Part shown: positions 36,036 through 41,829 of the stretch, piece after piece | How positions within the stretch are numbered: position 1 is the first letter of the stretch | Layout: every line of letters starts with the position of its first letter | DNA from: Octopus bimaculoides | Lineage: Eukaryota | Length of the DNA stretch: 41,829 nt | Direction: 5' to 3' | Assembly: GCF_001194135.2 (NCBI RefSeq) | Contig: NC_068984.1 | Location: forward strand, 62,007,304-62,049,132 | Program-made: the position numbers and the translations under genes | The notes under the pieces: model-generated | The model's input: the letters and a program-made list of their open reading frames with translations, nothing else | Told to the model about the DNA's origin: nothing | Databases searched by the model: none

Positions 36036-38042
36036 ATACATAAATTCGGAAGCTCACATCATAACTTCAGTATCTAAATATATTTGTTTTTTTAAAAGGA
36101 TAAGTATATGAAGAATTATGAAATCGCTTCGTTTTTATATAATACCTATATTCATGCTAACTTTGAAAAGATGTATTACAATTGAAAGTTTCAAGACAGA
36201 AGATCAGAAATGATGATTTTTGTAGACAATTTTGGAAGTCATAGACAATGTTCTAAATAAAAACTGATTACATCAGGTAATTTTTCTCTCAGTTGGCTTT
36301 ACACATTCTGAATCATGGATATATATTAATATTAATCAGATCACATACAAATATCACAATATTTTATACGTAAAGAAAGAAATATTCTACGTGTACTAAG
36401 AAGGAAAATGGATAGTACTATTGTATGACAAGGTTTTCGACGTATCCAGCAGCCGATATTCTAGCGATGACTAATCATATATTTGGTGTCCTAATGAGTA
36501 CTTTTTTGCATATATTGCCACAGTATTTAACTTATACGATCAATTGAATATAAGAAAATATGAAACTACTAACAATTATGCAAAAAAGTGTTAGCGTCTA
36601 ATGAAAGTAGTATAACAGATAGATAAGTTGCAGTTATATTCAAACTGAATTTTATATGTTATCTTTGTATTTCATGGCTGATTCTTAACGGACATGCAAG
36701 CGTCCAGTGTTAAATGATATGATCAGATATACTTCTGGTAATTATAGATACCAGTGACGATAACGTGAGGTCTTAAAACGCATTGATGTTCGTGGTTATT
36801 CGTTTGAAATTTGCAACGATATTAATATTAGTTCAGCTAAAATTTTGTGGCGATGTTTCTTATTTTAGCAAAGTTAGCCATAGAGAATAAATGAATTTAT
36901 AATTAATAGCTATATACTTCTTAAGTTTCTCTCAACTATTGTGCGTAATCAATAATGTTATAGAGATCACTTGAGATTTAATTGACCGCCGATATAAAGT
37001 TCAATATTCCCATTTAGTCTCGTTTCTCGACTAGCCGTAACTCCAATCGCAGTTAATAGTAAAACAAAGACAATTCGTGCCAAAATATGTTAAAACTAAT
37101 ATTGATCAATCAAATCACTATGATATAGTTACTATTTTTTTTTAAAGAATTAAATTAGTGATGTGGATAATTAACTACAGCATAATGATGATATTCTTGA
37201 TGAGGGTGATTATCCTGATAATGACGATTCCTTTTATGTGTTAGTTTATATTAAGTTAGAATTGTGATAATTGCTTCAAGTACAGCTTTTATCAATCGTA
37301 AGGAATATTAGGAAACCCTTGTAAGAGATATCTGATTAATCGAAACATAAGACTAGATATTGCCTAACTAAAGTGGGTGTAGCTGTTGTTGTTTATGTTT
37401 AGACCCAGGCTAACTGTCATAATTGAAACCTGTTCTGTAAGGCTTTCTACCCGGTGTCAATAAGTAATTTTTTTAAAGATATGCGATACAACTACATATA
37501 ACGACTTTCCGGTTTATTACAAAGTAGGGCACTACAAGGGGATTTGTGCGGTAGCGTGTCGCAGACTCTTCTATATCTTAACGTTGCCAGTCTGTCTTAG
37601 CTTTTCTAGATGATATAATTCGTAAAATTAATTCTCCACAACTTATACAATAGTGGCTGGTATGTGTCTATTGCCTGCATTTTAGAAATGGAGTGATATT
37701 CTAAGGAATTTAATTAATCATCGTTATGAAACGACACTTTCTCCTATTATTACAATGAATTATATAATATATTCACACTCTTATATTATAGTTACTATAT
37801 TCATGTATATATAATTATATTAGGCACCAACACCGTCACTTTTGGTTGATAATTCGATCTGATACAACAATAGCCAAGTCGCATCACACCTTCTTGTTGT
37901 GAAAGGGGATAACGACAATTCCATAACGTAACCCTGTACATTCGACGCCTTACGAAACACAAAAGGGTTTGTCACATCTGAAAAATTTGATCATAAACCT
38001 GCCAAATCACTTCTAACCCGTGTCGTCTAAAAAAAAAAAACT

Positions 38043-38043
38043 A

Positions 38044-38102
<59 letters not shown>

Positions 38103-38112
38103 ATTAATGATA
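38043..38112. repeat. (GAT)n microsatellite preceded by an A-run
   Basis: Direct reading. Confidence 0.97.
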
Positions 38113-40119
38113 ATAATTCCAAATATGTAGAGACACATCTCGACTAAAATATTATCATAATAGACAACAGCCTCGAAGTGCCGTATCTGTCTGTCGACAT
38201 GAGCCTTACACACATACACATAGGCTTTAATTAATTCGCCTTTATATTTATAAACTCTCCGTAATTCTCAAAGTGAAGACTATAATGATGATAATGATCT
38301 TGAGAATGTTAAAATGCTGATCACGAACATGGTCATTATCATTAACCTGTATATACACTTTATTGCTGCCGGCTCTTTTAACATTGTAACAATAAATATT
38401 AACATTATAGACATTCAAATTATATTTTGAATAAAACTACTAACTATATCGTGTCGACTGAAGAAATTATACTAATCAATATAATTGTTCATCTCGTTAT
38501 GACTTTCAAATGCTTATGCTGTATAATTTTAGTTTCCTTGATTAGTGCTCGTATTACGGAGTAACTAACCGTTAGATACTTAGATAAAATGGCGTCATTC
38601 GCTCTTCATTGTTTCTTAATATTCATATGTAAGGAAGTACTTACTAACATTGTGCTTTACTTCAACCCTGTTTCACTTACTTTGATATTAACTTTAAGTT
38701 TCAGCAAAAAGAAAACGCTACATATTTTGAGATGCCTGGCTCTGAACAGATACACTTTAGATGGGAATATCTTCAAACACCGTAATCTTTTTTAACTAAT
38801 GTAAAATGTATTTATTCTAATTTGAGGAGTTTGCTCTTTATAAAATTAACCTTAGATATACGTGTTCTTAAGACACGTATCACTACATATTACCGAAGAA
38901 TTACGATAGTGGGTTGCTGCTGGTGAATTAGATGAATCTATAATTTTACATTGTTTACATTATAACACAAATAAATATATAAAAGTGAAATCTTTCTTTT
39001 ATTTTTAATTCTTACTATTGTAATTTTATTTCTAATAAATGGAGAATTCTATATACTGTCAAATTACATGCTATATAGTGTCACATTTAAAGAAAGAAAT
39101 TTATTTTATTAAAACTGATAATAGATATAATGATATGATTTCTAAGATAGGTCACACATCTTCAAGAGTATTATAGTTAACGTTATTAAATCCAACGTTC
39201 TGATTATATTCTAATAATACACCAACTGAGGTTAAATGAATGTTATAAGGGTAAGATTGTATTGATGGAATGTAATTATTGTTATTTATTTCTATGGCAA
39301 ATTAATGTTTGCTTGATTCACCAAATAATATGTTCTCTTCCCTGTGTGGTTGAGAAACGATTCTCCGGTCATAAATTTAATAGGGGTATTAAGTACAGTC
39401 CGAACTTATAGAAGTGTAACTAGTATTTCTGGTTTCTTCAAAAATCCTTTCAGGTTTTACTGCAATATCACTAAACTCATAATTCATTATTTTAACATAA
39501 CGTGGTAGTTTAAACGAAAAGTTATACAAAAGTTTTAGGATAAACGAAAAGATATATGAATATGAGGTATTAAAATACTATTTATTTCACTTTAGTATCA
39601 TGTAGCGAAACGCATTTAACACTATGCTGTTATTAACAGAATACATACAAATACAGTAAATCTGCGATAAACAAATTCAAATGTACAGTAGGTTCATTTG
39701 TAAATATAACGCTAATTAGATGTGAGATATTGCAAAGCTTCAAAGATAGTCAAGCTTTATCTTTGAGTAGATCATATTTTCACAGCAATCTGTAATAAAT
39801 TTGATTTAAATTCAAGAAATGCGTGTAAACAGAATACTATCTTTGAGTCTCGGTGTTGCAGTGTAGATTACAAACGTTAGGGAAGAGGAAGAATAAATAA
39901 ACTTGATCTTCAATGGTGATCAAAGATGAAATTTCTGACAATATTTTGGACATGCAAATTATTATACAAACTCAAACACATACGTAGGCACAAACACATA
40001 TTGACATGCTTGTAACCTTTTAATTATGTACATTACACACACTCAAAAAAGGAAATCAATTGTCCTTTCCGAGCACAAGTTTATAAGGCCGGTCTCCTGG
40101 ATTTTTTAACGTGTATATT

Positions 40120-40245
40120 CAACACCTTGAACGGGCCGGCGGTGGTAAGCAACATTACTTATTTTAGCTGGCCCAGTGATCTGGAACAACATGAAACGAA
40201 GGTCTCGCTCAGGCATACAACATATCATCTGGAATCGCAACCAAA
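40120..40245 (-). mobile_element. Degenerate SINE fragment
   Basis: acttattttagctggcccag...aacatgaaacgaaggtctcgctcaggcatacaac...ggaatcgcaacc resembles a reverse-strand tRNA-SINE head and body. Confidence 0.5.
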
Positions 40246-41829
40246 CATACGCACACATACATACACCCAAACTGTCCCCTACCACCCCCGCATATATATC
40301 TTTGGATATATATGCATGTATATGTATATATATGTGTATATAAATGTATGATTATATGAGTATGTATGTATAAATGAAAACTAAATTTTACTCAAGATGC
40401 TATAATCCTTATAAGTTCAGAGAATACAGTCGTTCTTGTTAGAAGCATTTAAAATAAAATTTGAATGTAAGATCGGCATGTTACATACATCTAATAGTAA
40501 ATAATATTTTAAAATCTTTTTTATATATTTGCGAGCGGAATTATTTGCTACGTATATGAATAGTATTTTTAATTTTTAGTAACAAATTTAAATCTAGAAT
40601 GGCAATGTTATTTGCAAGAACTGTGAATACTTAAAACACAGAGCACTAAGCTAACTTAGTAAATTTTTATTTCTAATTTCTATACCAACTTCAGTTTTTT
40701 ACACTTGTTGGGGTTGCATTTTATATCCTATAGGTTGATTAAATTAGTTTATTGAAATTCACTAAAACTCTGATCAAAAACCATACACTTCAACAACACT
40801 AATTATCCATGTAACTATTTGAAAGAATTACATTTATGAGTTGTATCATTGAAAATCGCCTCACACAGTACTGACACGTTCAATTATCTTTCTTACGGTT
40901 TCTCAATAATAGATTACACTCTACGAAAGTGTGCTTCTGTTAAAGATACAAAGGCTATGAAATAATTTAGTTGCATCCTCAGTAGATAATTAAATTATAT
41001 TCAGATTCGTTTGTGCAGACAATTACTCGTTACACTACAAGGGATTCTACTTCATTTCCGTAATTCGAAGAAAATACACATATAATCTAATGATTTAGTT
41101 AATACTTTAACAATTAGCTTGCAATATTAGTTTGCATGTAATGTCTAGAAAGCTATCTATATTTTCTCCTGAAAATTTCATACGTCTGATGCAAAAATAT
41201 GCAATATTTTCCAATGGAACGTCCCAACGAATGGATGAAATTAAGAAATAGCAAGCGTAGAGAATTGTGAGTTCATTTTGAGAGTCTAATATATAAGTTA
41301 CAAGCTCATCGCAATATATCTTCTTATGTAGTCTCAGGTGAACATTGTTCCAGTACGTTTGGTTGAAAAGAGTTCCAGCAATGACACAGCATCTATTTTC
41401 CAACATAATCTACCTTTGTCTTCTGTGTGTGTATGTGTGTTTGTGGCTATGAGCCTGTGTGAATGTGTATATGTGTGTCTGTGTGTATATAATGTTCGCT
41501 TATTGAGGCAATAAGTTATCATTTGACAATTATTTTTAGTCTTATTTATTACATACAGGCTTATCATAGGGTGAAACTTACAGCGGTGCAATGATTTGAA
41601 GTTAAGATACAGTTTGGAAATATTGGCGATATGGCAATGTAAATTATATCCTGAGATGAAAAGCATAGATATCTTACGGATATATGAAATAAAGACATTC
41701 ATTTATTGAGACCTATAAAAATGCAAATTAAACATTGGCTTTCACTTAACATTGATAAATATATGTCCGTATGCGCATTTGATTGTATAAGATATATAAT
41801 TGTATAACTATAATTGTATAACATATATA

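Overview
AT-rich, microsatellite-dense eukaryotic (non-prokaryotic) DNA with seven assembly gaps. The SINE families and repeat landscape look like an octopus/cephalopod genome (inference). No intact host protein-coding gene could be supported; the window reads as intronic or intergenic sequence filled with transposon relics. These are a near full-length Tigger/pogo DNA transposon (16-2410), two unrelated Penelope-like element (PLE) GIY-YIG endonuclease remnants, a CR1-group LINE 3' end, an R4/Dong-like 3' end in an (AAT)n tract, six tRNA-type SINE copies and a long-TIR non-autonomous DNA element. The main hidden signal is RNA-level. There are ten full or half minimal type I hammerhead-ribozyme motifs of at least five sequence families, each with a palindromic stem III. 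Most sit in short PLE-derived units arranged as tandem or fold-back (inverted) structures, and several have non-canonical catalytic cores.
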